Of a stretch of DNA of 64,000 nucleotides, positions 50,176 through 64,000 are shown one piece after another. The stretch spans positions 868,001-932,000 of the forward strand of contig NW_026918900.1 of the NCBI RefSeq assembly GCF_032062105.1. The letters are read 5' to 3'. A program made the translations under genes and the position numbers. The notes beneath the pieces were generated by a model that saw only the letters and a program-made list of their open reading frames with translations, made no database searches and was not told where the DNA came from. Source of the stretch: Saccostrea cucullata. Lineage: Eukaryota. The first letter of the stretch is position 1; each line of letters opens with the position of its first letter.

Positions 50176-52012
50176 AAAGCTTTCTCCGAGTGTAATAATG
50201 CACATGTCTTTGTACTTTTAGAATGCATCTTAGAGTTTATATATGTCTATACATGTATTCGTTATTGCATACTATACTTACAGCCGCATATTACTGAGTA
50301 TTTTTTTTCTTTTTATACAAACAAGTTCATTAATTAAAACTACAATAACTTAATAATCTAAAAAATAGAGTTTGCAACATCCCTAATTGATAATCACAAT
50401 CAGCCTAATAAGCACAGGCATAGAAAATGATATCCTCATTTGCCGCGAATGAAGGTAGATTCTTGAAAAAGTGTGAACCAATGACAAGGAAAAGGTGTTT
50501 TCTAAGAGTTTATTTAAAAGTAGTGAAATTATTAGAGAATACCAATGATGATCGTATAGTGGTTAAGAACAGTGGACACCGATTAAAATGGCTCGTGATC
50601 GTATAGTGTCTCTCGATCCCTCCTAGAACGTTGCTCCGAAGAGCCCCGCTCTGAGAAGTGTGGCCCAGATGAGAGCAAGAGCTAGAGGTTTAAAGTTAGA
50701 CTGTCATTTTTATAATGTACAATGCATAATATTCATTTACATATAAAACAAACAAATCAGATTCAAGTAAACACGTTATACAATAAATTGGGTCTAAATC
50801 CTGGAATTTATACAAAACAGTTTGTAAGCTACACATAAGTTTTTGTAAACTGGTGGTCAGTGTCCTTGTATTAGGCAAAAGTTAGTGATAAGATTAACAT
50901 AAATTTTCATAATGTTCAATTATTATTCCTGTATTGATGTCCGAAGATAGATAAACATCCTGGTACTTTACATTGTCCTTAATCCGATTAACTTGTTTGT
51001 TTTATTTTACGGAAAAGTATTTATTTACACTTTCATATCCCTATTGGATTACAGGTCAGTGCACTCTATCATAAGTACATTTTAATTAGCTTATTTTTAT
51101 GATTAAAATAATTGTCTCAAACCCTATAGGTTTACAAAAGGTCAAGAATATAGCAAGCAATAATTAATTTCAGAGTGCAGAATGTAATCAAAATGTAAGA
51201 AATGCATCAGTATTTTGCACGTTATAACAGCACTACTTTACTTTTCAATGGAAAGATGGTCACATAGTATACATTAAGTTCACTTCATTTATAATCATCA
51301 ATGATTATTTTATTTATTACAATATAATTGAAAAATCTCTCTTTAACGAATATTTTGCATTCCAATCTCAATAATTAAAACCGACAATTTTAGCAGGTTT
51401 GCAGTTTCCAGGTTTTAAATTTATCGTTCAATTTTTGGGGTTAATTATTGATATGAAGGTGATGTTTCTCCTCATTAGTGTTCCATACTCTGTGTATGTA
51501 TATGTACTCTAAGTCGGCAACTAGATGTAAAGAAATATCAGTAATTGTAAAGAAAATTCTGTATAATTTACATTATATGTACGTACCTTTAAATCTTTTT
51601 ATTAATTACAAGCAGAAATTGATAATGTTTATTCAACTTCATATATGAAAAAGTAAGAAAGAATTTCTTTTGTTATCACATTTGCCGAAATATGACCAAA
51701 TAGGAAAAATACAGCGATTGAAAATATGTGAAACCGCTAATGTGTCGTGTACTTCTTTCATCTCTTTTATGTGTGTTTTATGCATATTAATCTCATCTTT
51801 AATCCTCGGCAAAATATCATATATTGTAAAGGAAAACACTTCAAACACATTGTGCAACAATGTATTCAAGAGTTGTGTAAATCAAATGTGGATCTGAAGA
51901 AAAACAGAACTTTTTGAAAATTTCAAATGTATGTAAACTTTTATAAAATCATTATTTCCCGAGCATATGATCATTTGATGCTTTATAATATTGTATCTCA
52001 CAATAAATTTAA

Positions 52013-53839
52013 GGTACTCCGATCCTCTGCCAGGAAAAAAATCTTTAATTTATAATTTAATTCATAAAGTCTCAAAATAAGCTTGAAAATTAAATCTTTT
52101 AATGCAACAATTTTAAATCTAAACCTCTCAATGTGCTTTAAAGTTCCTTGAAGTTCTCAGAAAGGTCCTATAAAAAGTCGAAACTTTTACCCCTTTAAAG
52201 TATTTTGAAATTACATATTTAAAGATAGTGGGGTTTTATCAATCTAACCAATGTTCATTAACGTGATATAAAATCAGAAAAGATTATGGTGTTTTGCAAT
52301 GATGTTAGGAAAATCTTTAGTTTAAACAATATGCATCGTTAAATGATTGAAGTAATTAGAAGAAATTAAAGCACCATTTACACTGTACATGTGTATGTAT
52401 AAAAATTGTACAATGTCTTCAAAAGCCTGGATCCTTATGAATTTTGTTTCTAAATTGTGTTTGTTGATCAGATTTGAATTGGAAAATGCATATGTAACCG
52501 GGTTTTCCAAATAACGAGGAAACTCAGTTTAGTTGATGTGGGTTCTTTAATTTGGACAAGATATATAAGATAGATCAAACCTACAAAACATGTAAACATA
52601 ATAAATACTTCATAACATTAACATAAGTATAATATTTTATCATAAATTATTCCATTACCATAAAAATCTATATTACACTGATATTTCTATTAACTTGCAT
52701 AATATCTATTCATATTTCACAATTAAAGGGAAATAACTCTTATCTCTCCATATACATAAAACTCAAGTAAATTTATGAAATTTACTAAAATATTAACAAT
52801 TCTTACAATAAGTAAATATATTAATAAATACCAATTTGTGGACCTAGGCTGCATATATACATAGGTGTCACAGCTACTTGTCTAAACCATATCTGGACCT
52901 GTATCATACAACATATTGCTGTATTTACTAAATCTTACAATATATTTACATAATCTTTCAGGTCAGATCTCATCATAAAAGATATTTCATATATCAGTGT
53001 AACTTTAAAAACAAATCTCTAGATTTATATTCATTTTAATCATTTACTATAATTTTACACATTTTTCATTTAACTCATCAAATACTATATTTCATTCATA
53101 CTCATTCATTCAACCAAGCAAAGTGTTAGTAAAAGAAAAGAACTTATACTGTAATCAGGTCTTAAAGTCCAGTCAACAATATAATTGTAGTATAAGACAA
53201 GAGTTCCCAGAACTCAGGCTTATGGCCGGATTCAAAGTGAATTTGAAAATAACAACAACAAAAAACTCACTAAGGAATTTGACCTCAATGATCTACCAAT
53301 AAAAACTCTGCATAACAAGAATAGCCAATCAACTATGCTTGACATTAAACTGGTTTTCTGAAAACTTCTGAATGAACTAAAGAGTTCTAACTAAGAAAAG
53401 ATAACTCTAAATCTAAAGTAAGTAGTACCATGCAGTGTGTGAATTAAGTTTAGTAAATGTAATTATCAAATGGAGTTTAAGTTTAAATTAATATTTTTTA
53501 TTTATGGTAGAAAGATTGTTTATTGAATAATTTTATATCTAATTTATTTACAGTTTGAAATATAACAAATAATCAATTATTACACATAGTATTTTTATTC
53601 GTTTTTTAAATACCCCAAAATATGCTACTTTTTTCCTGAAAATTTACGCATTAATTTGAGAGATTTCCGTAAAATAAAATAATTTTCCTGATATATAATA
53701 AATATGATTAATTTTAAAGATGGAGTTTGAAGAATTATCGATATGGATAAAAACAAATTACTTGAGAAATGAGAGACACTTTTGCAAGCATTTTCAATTA
53801 GTCAATGCCTGATTTTTAGAACCTGAGGATCGGAGTACC
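52013..53839. mobile_element. Kolobok-like non-autonomous element with TTAA TSD
   Basis: TTAA-GGTACTCCGATCCTC / GAGGATCGGAGTACC-TTAA. Confidence 0.8.
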
Positions 53840-54421
53840 TTAAGAAAATCTTGTTCTCAATAAAAATTGGATGCAGAAATTTTCATATCATCTAAATAGT
53901 TTATCCACAAAATTTTCATACTGTATTGAAAATCACTCTGCTTCTACATGCAAGTGCTCTGAATTCAATGATGATATCAAAGCATTCATGTTTCTCATTA
54001 AGAAAATGTGTTACAACATTTAAATACATTTTGCGTACTCTTCGACGCAAAAAGTAATTAACACAAATGAAACAACAATAAATAAAGTACATAGGTGTTA
54101 CTGCTTTTTGCGTTAATCTCAATGCGAAATGTATGAACGCAAAATGGAATAATCTGAATATTGTGTCATTACATGTTGCAGTATTACATTCTGCGTTGGT
54201 CTCAATGCAGAATTTTATTATGCAAAATACAATAATCACTTTTCATAACATTTCGCGTTGTTAATACATTTAACTTACTAATACTGCGCTCATGCAAACT
54301 TTATCATCTTTCACTAGTTTAACTCACAAAATTATCTCACAATATATGTATAGCCAAGCGAATATGCTTATCATTTGAAACACACATATACACGGACAAA
54401 CACATAATATTTAATCATCAT

Positions 54422-57400
54422 TCAGTCCTCCCGCTCTTGAAATCGATTATCCTTTGCCCCATCAACACGAGACAGCTTAGACATCCTTGATTGTCTTTTC
54501 AGCAAAGCAGTTCTTCGTTTAAACTCGTCAACCTTTTCCCTCTTTTTTCGCTTGAAAAATCCAACCTGAAAGACAAAAGGTGCAGAAATGAACGTTAAAG
54601 CAAAATTCCTTGAAATGGTTTGAACTTCACTGAGTATAATAACACGTGATTTTTATTCTTATATGATTGTATATACGAGGGTTGATCCAAAAGTAATGTC
54701 ACAGTGTCCATATATTCTATATTTGGCGTAATATTATCAAATACTATATACCAAAAGATGCACAAATATAAATCTAATTATCATTGAAATCTTAATTTAA
54801 TAATATCTATTTGAATTTATTTTACAGATGTCTAAAACATAGAGCATAGGGGGTGTCGCTGCGTCACAACGGAACGTCACGTTTTAAAGTGTATTTTTTC
54901 TTAGAATGAAAAAGACAAACACATTAAAAAAATTCTTTAAAAAAAGCACCTAATCTCCCAATTTTTTTTAAGATACAATTCTCGTCATTTTCTAGCCTTT
55001 AATTGAAAATTAAATGACGGCATTGGTATTTGTTATCATAAACATTGTTCTTTTACTCTGTTGAATTGAACAAAGGGATTGTCGAAATGGTGAAAAAAGA
55101 CTCGACGAGTTGTAATGCATTTTTGCTTCAAAATATGGGAATCATCACAAGCGACATTTTCGTTAATCAATCAGACTTGCAGAATAAAGAATGTAAATAA
55201 GAAACATCTTAATAGATGGTTTCAGCAATTTTGGGCGGGTGATTGGTCACTGAATGATTAGCTAAGGACAAGAAGACCGAAAGATAGGAGATCGGACGGA
55301 AACGTGCAATGGTGTCTGACGTTGTCAAAAAAGACAGACGTATAAAGTGATATGTGAATTTTTTAGTTTGTCTTATGCTAGTTAAACAAAATTGACAGAG
55401 GGCTTAATTATGAAAAGAGTGAGTGTATAATGGTACCAAGAATTCTTAAAGAAAGTGGAATTGGTGAAAGTGTTTGCGAATCACAATTCTTTTTAATGAA
55501 ATGAAGGGGAAACGCTTCGAAGTAGAAGACGGTGTGTATCCGTCATATGACGTTATATTTAGGTGTGGCGACTACCATAAACGCGCATTGATTAAAATCT
55601 GATATTTTGAAAAGTGTGCATCATATTACTTTGAATTTTTCAGGTCTGATTTGAAATAAATAAAGCTTCCATCATGTATAATTTTGTTGCTCTACGTCGA
55701 TTTCTAGCAATTTTATCAAAGTTGTGACATTACTTTTGGATCAACCCTCGTAACTTAAAGATAACAGAACCGTATTTTATTACTCAATGATTGAATGATT
55801 GAACATTTTTTTAACGCCCAATCGGCAATATATCGGCCATATTTCCACAGGAGGTCGTGATTTTTTTAGTGATGCTGCTCTTTTTCAAAAACTAAAAATT
55901 CGATCTTTTGCATGCCAAAGTCATTGACACCAGGTATATATACCATTTGACGTTCAATCGGACGGACTTAAAAAGTTACAAATATGTTAACAAGTAAAGC
56001 AACACAATAACAATATAAATTATTTTTTTATCAGAGGACAAAGGCATTTAATGGTCACTTCAGTATACTACAATGTCATTTGTAAGCTAAAGAAGTATAA
56101 TAAGTATAAGAACTGAAAAGAATTTTTAAAAAAGTGAAAATACTGAACAGTCGCCGATCTCCCAAAAACTTGGAAACAACACAAATAGAATGAAAACCAT
56201 TCTTCTTCCCGATGAGACATGAAAAATTCAGTCCCATGAAATAGTAGGCGTTGGCAGTTCATAGATACCAGAACACCGATCATAGATCTGAGTTTGAATC
56301 AATTTCAAGTTGTCGTATTTCTATATCAATTAAAACTGATCAAGTCGTAAATACAATATGTACGCAGTAAATTGTATACCTTCCATAAGATAATTCCTAT
56401 AATGACTAAAAACACAAATCCTCCAACACTACCGCCGATGACAACTCCGAGATCAATTTTTCTGGTTTCAAAGACAATCTTTTTCGGAATTATTGTTAGG
56501 ACAATCTGTAACACAATACCATTATTTCTATAATTGTAAAAACATATTATAATAATTACAATTCATTTTTTGCAATAATATATAGAAATACTTTTTCAAC
56601 ATCTTACTCTTAGTTTCTTATTAAATAAATAAACTGTAAGATAATAAGAAAGGTCATATGAATAATAAATAAACAGAGCATGTCTAACCTCTCCATCCGT
56701 GGTCTGAAGATCGCCTTCGAAGTCTGAATAGTTGGAAATAAGTTTTCCCGATGTTATATATTTAACAACCGGGGATTTCTATACATGGGAAAATAAGAAT
56801 ATACATGTATCATTATTGCATTTTTGCAGTTTGTTTATTCTTTATTCATTTTTTTTATTTTACATTCAATATTGATGTTATAAATTTAGTTTTAGATATG
56901 GCAACAGCTTTGTTTTTATATTTGCCACTATTATCATATATGTATAAACAACAATATTTATGCTATTTCCATGATTTTTTTTCTTTTTTTCAATGTCAGA
57001 CAACTTTAAAAATCTATGTATATATTCCATCTCACCTCAAGCAGGTTTAAAATATTTGTTGTAAGATTCAAAGTAAGCATTATATCATTTAAGTTGTCAC
57101 GTGAAAGTTTCTTTATTTTACATTGGAGCAGATGGCACTTTACATCTCGCTGCGAACAGTTCTGAAATTATCAAAATGGTTGAATTCATGAAACATTTTT
57201 TTTAACTTAATACTTATTTTTTCTGAAAAAGATCTTGTAACGTGCTCACAATAAACAAACTGTTTTGTTTGTTGTCCACTTGAGGTTTTGCGTCGGGTTG
57301 AAACATTGGTTTTGCATCTTTGTCTTTGGTTGAAAGATCAGCATTTGTTGTGAGATTACAAGTACTTTTATCGTAGTTAAGTTCCTACAGTAAACAAATT

Positions 57401-60400
57401 CAACATCAAATTGAATTCATCAATCTTGTTAAAAGTCATTATTTTACATATTTTTGGGTAGACCTTTGAGTGTTAATAAGATAATCTATTCAACATGAAA
57501 ATTGCCTTTTGATACGCATCCCCTAAGTATCCTTATATCCATGTACGAGTACGAGTTCGAGTTCGCGAACTCTGGAAATGTCTATTCCCAGACCTGGACA
57601 AGGAGCACATAGCGGATATGACCAGTGGACAGACTACTATTCATGGCATCTTATCCTATCTCTTATGTTTAGAGATTCGTGGTTGCTCTGCTCCTTGATT
57701 AATAAATTCTTTAAATATTTTAGCTATACATGTACTACTGTTCCTCACCTTCATATTTCTTTACTATTTTTAAAATGCAATATGACCTTAAAATCTGCAT
57801 AATATACGTTTCTTTCTTAGTCCAATTATCTGCAATACATGTATATGTATAAAATTTTGAAAAATAAGGAACTCTATTTACGTCACAATTTTTTTGAAAA
57901 AGATAAACATTAACATATTCAAATCCCTAATTTTGTCAAGAAAACGTTCTTTTTTAATGTAGATTCAGCTACAACGTTCAAGTATTAATAAAGGGGAAAC
58001 AGCAGAGCATAAATGTATACAATAAGAAAAAACCACTCTGAGAGTATTGTTTTAGGAATGATCCACTGCTGACAATCTAACCTGATTCCAATTAAAAACT
58101 TAAAATGACAAATTTAAATCCATCAAAATTACTGAAGTGAAACAAAATGCAAGTTTGATTTAAAACTCAAATCAGCTCAATATCTGGAAGCGTATCGATA
58201 AATTTACGGAAACGGATGGGTCAGATAGACAGAGGGATAGTGACAAAGGTGGATGCAAGACGTACGGACAGAAGCGGAGGAAAGCCATTCCGGTTTTCAA
58301 CTGAAGGGAACTGATAAGTTTAATATTTTTACATACACTTAAGATCTGTACACCAGCAACAGAGGTTGGTACACCTATCTGTAGAATCAGACCATCCACT
58401 GTACTCGGTCCTCTATTATAGACTCGAAAGGTTTCCTTATGAATCAACATCTCAGAATTTGTGTCCATTTCCCTTTGGTCCTGACTAGGTTCCCTTCAAA
58501 GTAAAACAAAAATTTAGAAAGCGAATTGAAGCAGTTTTGATAAAACTGGTTTTCTGATATCAATGTTTCACGATTTATTGTTTTCTTTTTAATTCAGTTT
58601 AGTCGTGGTTGTAAGATCGCCTGCTCTAGAGTCGCAGAGTAAGGTATTGATCCAAACATTGTGGGTTCGAATCCCACCGTGGGACGTGGAGACCGGTCCT
58701 TCTGATGAGACCTTATGAACCGAGGCGCTATGTCGCAGAAGATGTCAGTATGGAAAAAATCCCTCTCTGCTCAATAGATGTGAGTGCTGAGAATAGTTAA
58801 AAAATTTGCAACTCTCCAACGGCAAGTGATGGCGTCTCCGTATGAGTGAAAAATTCTCGAGAGAGATATTTTAAAATATCAAAAAATATAATTTCGTAGA
58901 ATACGGTTTTAGCAATAATTTGAGTGTGTTTATGATGTTTTCAAGCGTACTGCAAATTAATTTTCGTGTTTTGTTGAAAATTGATTTGATTTCATGCTTT
59001 TAATAAAAAAAATGACATTTTACTCTTCTTTTCCACTTCAGAATGAGTTCATGTACATCGTTTGAACAGAGGTTAAAAAAAGCAATTTATGTCACAGGTG
59101 TTGATAGAAAATCTTTTCATACGTATGTTTCATTTTTACAAATAATTTAGAGTTTGGAAAGGTTGCTTATAAATTCCTAAAATTTAGGTAGATTAATCAA
59201 AAATTTTCCTAGTGTAAAGAAATGTTTAATATAATTATTTCAATAAATTGTATGTATTTTTTCATGTGCGAGACATTTACATGAATTTAACTACTCTCTT
59301 TAAAGTAGACACTTGTTTTGAAAAAAGCAGCAGCAGCAGTTATTACTTTTAATACTGTTTATACTCAGTTTACTTTTAATCATATACATGTAATTGTGTA
59401 AATTCTATAATGTAGAAATACCGACAATTTTCACACTATTTTTGTTTGATCATTATTTACACACTGAATTGCCAGTGTATAAACGGATTTTCTGTTTACT
59501 CCATGCTTGAGAAGGAGCACACAACGGGTGTGGTCATCAGAGAGTGCTCACTCCTCCATGACACATCACCCCCCTCTGATGTTTCAGAGTTCCATGTTTG
59601 CTCTGCCCCTGATTTGCATTGTTTCAATGATTTTTAAGATTGAAAACAATTCTATATCGCCATATCTGATAAGGCAATTGTTATTTAAAAAAAAATTATC
59701 GTTTTTTTAATTTAAGTGATAATCTTGTACATACCCACCGACTGATACGACAGCCAGCTGCTTTAGTAAGGCGTGCGTTTTGTTAGATCTTCCTGGAGAA
59801 ATCCGACCAGTAGGAATATATTGCACCCAGATATTGAAGTCTACATAACCTGTAGCATCATTGTTTTGTGGATCAATTTTGAAATCTAGACTAATTTGCA
59901 CCACCATGTGTGGATAGAACGGGTCAGTTGTGACATTGCATGTAACTAGAGTAGAGTTGGTTTCCTTGCAAACAACTTTTTCCGATTGTGCTGATACCAC
60001 CATACCAGAATAAATTGCTTTTTTAGTTTTCGAAATTTCTATCATGGTTGAACTTGCTGGATCACCATGGTTTCTAAGAAGGAAATCCATTTTGAATGTT
60101 TCAAATTCTCCATTGTCCCTATGATCATTGATTTCAGCGTCTCCTAAAAACTGTGGCTGACATGTTTCGTTTTGTGTACATCCTGTTCTAAACGTTACCT
60201 AAAATAAATTGAAAAGACATCCAAATATGTTTTTTATTCTTGTTTGAATCATGATAAGGTATTCATATATATTATGCCAGACTTTTGCAATCAATGACAC
60301 AGTTAGAAATTTTATACATTATAATTATAGTGTTTATATAAATCATATTCTATTGTATCATATAAAACAAATGCCATTATACTTAATAAAACAAAAAACA

Positions 60401-63400
60401 AAAGACATACATTGTTTTGGTGAGAAGTAATGGAACCCTTTTTCAAAATTGGCAAAACTTCATATTCACGGGTTCTTCCGCTCAGTGATAGATTAACTTT
60501 AAATTCTAAAGGTTCATTGATAGCATTAAAGAAAATCGTTCCCATTTTCTGAAACGAAATTTCAAAATTAATTTTTTTGGCAACACTGAATTAGTAGAAA
60601 TTAATCAAGTAAATATACGGTAGAAAGAACATAATTTAAATTGAAAATAATTTCAAAATGCTGATGAATACATACCGATACAGCTGCTTGTAAGATTTTG
60701 CAGGAATATTTATTTCTATATACCAGGAAATTAGATATATCTACACTGCTTTCATTTCCAGCCATAGCTATTCTTTTATTGGTCATTGTTGTGTCACCCC
60801 AAACGGTGAAATTTATATCTTGTTCAATCAGAAAGAAATATCGATATAGATATTAATTCAAGCATGCAGACTGAATACCACCCAGCTATATTATAAAAAA
60901 AAATTCTGACAGAATTTAAAAATAAAAGAAATAATAATGAATTATTTACATTTAAATTACTTGTTTAGAAAAAGATAATACTAACAAGTTCCAGATTGGA
61001 TTCCTTTCCCTGTGACATTGAAACAAACTTCTACACCCAAGCAAGGATAGTCATTCCCCTTTGAGCAGTTCAGTTCTGACGAATTCAAAGGAACAGGGTT
61101 TTGTAGAAAGGAAATTTTAGGTTCTATGGATATGATTGGTCGCGATCTTAACACGACAGCCATCCCAGATTTATACGAGCCAACAGCAAAATCTATAAAA
61201 TTATGTTAAATTGATAAATTTTCAAATTAGAAGAATAAAAGCCAAAAAGATAAGCCAATAACGTTTTCAAATGTATACTAGTATTCTTCCAGAAAAAAGT
61301 TGTATTTTTTTACTAGTATTAGAGATTCTGTTATTTAAAGATTCTGTTCTGTTTTTTTCAATAAGCTTTTTACTTGAAATTTTATAATGACAGATTTATA
61401 TCATCTTGACAGACGACAAACTTATCGAAATACACTTATGAAATCTCTTTGATTTATTTTTATTCGTTTTTTGCTACGGCAAAGGGAACAAGGATTGAGA
61501 AAATTTGCTTTAGGATACTAATTATTAAGCTTCGTGACTTTGTCAAATAAAACCTGCAACTAGTGTTAGAAATTGTTGAGTTCAGGAGTTTTATAAAATT
61601 GATTTGTCGTTACGTGAATGTATATTCCTATGGAGCAGGATTTATATACGTATACAAAGTGTTCACGATAATTGTGACTGGGCAACATGGGGTGCTCAAT
61701 TCTCCCGGGCACCTGATCCTCTGTAATTTCCAGTGATCCGCGTTTTATGCCTTATTGACAGAATTTCATTGTTTATGGATTTCAGACTGATTACTGCTCG
61801 TAAATCTTAACCTTCTGCACTTAAAACTATATATCCATTTACTGAGAGAAATAACATTTTTAACAAAATGAAATTAAAATGAAATAATAAATCACCTTTA
61901 TATTTATTGTTATCTATATCTTCCTGTGTCTGGGAGATGTAAAATCCGAACCCTCTCAGGTTACTATTGATTGTTGTCCCTTCAATCTTCTGAGAATATT
62001 TCCATGTCTGCACATTTTTAAGATTACGTCCATTGAAGATGTAAATAGCACCTCTCATGTCGTTTTCAAATGGCGCTCCAACTGCAAGATCTTTTAATAA
62101 ACAGTACATTATTGATTTAACTAAATTCTCAGAAACTCATTAAATTTTGATTTCATAAAGAAATGAAATACTGTGTAATCTTAAATATTCGTGGTGGGTT
62201 AATTTTCGTTGTTTCGAGGTATGAGGTGATCTTCAAATTTATGTTCACCACGAAAAGTAAAAGTTAACATACATAAATACTCAACACTTCTTCATTCTCC
62301 AAATCGAAACCCCGCGAATTAAAAGTTTTTCCTCAAACCTCGAAAAATTGACCCAACGAAAACGTGTGATTTTACAGTAAATTCATGTAGATCTCTCTTT
62401 CAATTTTTTTTTAAATTATTCCATTGTGACACACCTTGGAAATCGTCTTCGTTGATATTCCCTATTCCAGACACTGCAGATCCAAATCTTCCTGATACTA
62501 TCGAATCCCCTGTTATACGTATCTCTTTGTCAAGAATAGTAGTCTGTTTGAAAAAAAATCATTATACAGAAAGAAGAGAATTCTATTTAAAACGCTTCAA
62601 ATTTACATCGTTGTCTTTTTTAAAGATTCAATACTCAATACGTGTTCTGCAAGGAAGTCTATATCTGCCAAGTATTTTTTAAGTCGATGATTATAAATTT
62701 AAAGTTGGCTTTTCCAGTTTTAATCTTAGCTTTTACAATTTAAGATTTATTTTTTTTTTTTGGGGGGGGGGGTCACATTGTATTTGTATACTTTGCAGTG
62801 TTACGTATGTTTTATCACAATGGGAAAAGCGATTTAATTACTAGTATGTACTTATTTTTGTTTGTTGTTTTACGTCTCTCTCAAGAACTTTTATGTCAAT
62901 TTCTTAAATTCTCTTAAATGGAGACGCCATCGATCACTTGCCGGTGGAAGGCTGTGAATTTATACCTATATCCAGCACTCAAGCCCACTGAGTATAGAGG
63001 GAATCTTTTTCGTGTCAACATCTACTGTGACATAAGACCTCGGTGTTAACGGTCTTTACGTCCACAGTAGATTTTATCCTGCTATCAGCTCCTTGTTCCG
63101 CGACTCAACAAAAGACGCCCTAACCTCTAAGCCATGCAGGAGACCGTATGATATTATAATGAACGGAAAAATATTTTATTTGTGTTTTCATATAAAAAAA
63201 AATTGATACATTGTCTTTGAAGCATGACACATTGTGTTAAGCCACCCTACACGTACATGTATATTTATCCAAATCTAAATTGAGAAAAGTTAACTTTAAA
63301 GCTGGAATTAATAAAATTAAAGTAGAAAAGCCAACGTACATGCAAAAGTTTGAATTACCAACTTTCAAAAAAATAATAAATACAAAAAAATGCCATATAA

Positions 63401-63655
63401 GTTCATCATTTCAGGTCAAAAATGTAAATGGTCAGCGAATAAATTTCTGAGATATTAATTACATTACATTGTATTGATCAGTTGTATACGAACATTAGCA
63501 TCTCCTAGATAGATATAAACACTGCCAACGTCAATAACAACAGAGGATTTACTGGTAACACGGAGGTATTCTGATGGTGCTCCAACAATAATATCATCTA
63601 ATCCATCATTGTTGACATCAATGACACAAACTGATTGTCCAAATCCTCCTCCACT
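54422..63655 (-). CDS. ITGA: Integrin alpha subunit, 3' 13 exons (63494-63655, 62435-62543, 61896-62090, 60986-61192, 60676-60818, 60411-60548, 59735-60198, 58337-58493, 57250-57384, 57036-57161, 56689-56778, 56380-56505, 54422-54565); 5' part outside window
   Basis: FG-GAP repeats with Ca-binding loops (FGQSVCVIDVNNDGLDDIIVGAP; FGSAVSGIGNINEDDFQDLAVGAPFE; DIDNNKYKDFAVGS, LRSRP), genu GCTQNETC, NRGPST, a TM helix, and KVGFFKR. All junctions are GT-AG and in phase. Confidence 0.95.
54676..55750 (+). mobile_element. Degenerate mariner element in last integrin intron
   Basis: Perfect TIR TA-CGAGGGTTGATCCAAAAGTAATGTCAC and its reverse complement. Transposase remnant RWFQQFWAGDWSLND*LRTRRP ~55215. 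Confidence 0.88.
58600..58880 (+). mobile_element. tRNA-derived SINE (intronic)
   Basis: B box GGTTCGAATCC at ~58664. Body shared with 30835-30975 and, in reverse, with 62870-63150. Confidence 0.7.
59450..59645 (+). mobile_element. Naiad-like 3' terminal fragment (others at ~57590-57700 and ~61660-61790)
   Basis: CGGGTGTGGTCATCAGAGAGTGCTCACTCCTCCATG...TGTTTGCTCTGC. Confidence 0.6.
62171..62377. mobile_element. MITE (TA-CTGT...ACAG-TA)
   Basis: TACTGTGTAATC / GATTTTACAGTA ends with internal TTTTCG/CGAAAA motifs. Confidence 0.65.
62865..63150 (-). mobile_element. Degenerate SINE, reverse orientation
   Basis: Reverse-complement similarity to the body of the 58600 SINE (GGAGACGCCATC...CACTTGCCGGTGG, CAGCACTCA). 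Confidence 0.55.
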
Positions 63656-64000
63656 CTATAGTTTAAAAAAAAATGGGAAAATGTTTTGTTATGTTTTATT
63701 GATTTAATTTTACTATTTCTATTATTTTATTTTTTATTTGGTTATTTCTACATTTTTGATTTGCATCATGCAATCCATGTACATTTTCATGTCAAAATAC
63801 AGGACGAATTATTAGGTTGCTTTAGAACTCCAGCCAATACGTATTTTGTAACAACCGTTTGAGTTTTCGGAAACTATGAAAGAAAGCCTATTATCATATC
63901 TCATTTTAAATATTCTACACAACGCGCTATCTGATTGGTACTAGTTTATCGCGTGATCGGGCCGTAAAACTCCGTCGGCACACTTTTCATCATATTCCAC

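Noticed and set aside
58600-58685. tRNA gene
   Set aside because: Only the B box/T arm is convincing, and it continues into a repeated SINE body.
60819-60885. Upstream alternative acceptor for an integrin exon
   Set aside because: It introduces a stop or frame conflict. The acceptor at 60818 restores phase.
62452-62682. Plus-strand 76-aa ORF
   Set aside because: Antisense shadow of an integrin exon.

Overview
AT-rich, intron-containing eukaryotic DNA, most likely a bivalve (oyster-like). That assignment rests on Helentron-type elements carrying a ~165-bp Cg170-like satellite, Naiad-like and classical Penelope retroelements, and IS3EU-, Kolobok- and Crypton-type non-autonomous elements. Host genes: (1) a tail-to-tail inverted pair of 5-exon genes (171-3503 +, 9461-12589 -) encoding a secreted, basic, Cys-rich Spaetzle/NGF-like cystine-knot protein, lying in a ~4.3-4.8 kb inverted duplication with a ~3.7 kb spacer; (2) an intronless class A GPCR with one frameshift (34882-35956 +); (3) the last 13 coding exons of an integrin alpha subunit (54422-63655 -, the 5' part lies outside the window). 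The rest is dense, often nested transposon and satellite debris. Exon models were built by hand from GT-AG sites and phase. Family assignments come from recognised motifs, not from database searches.
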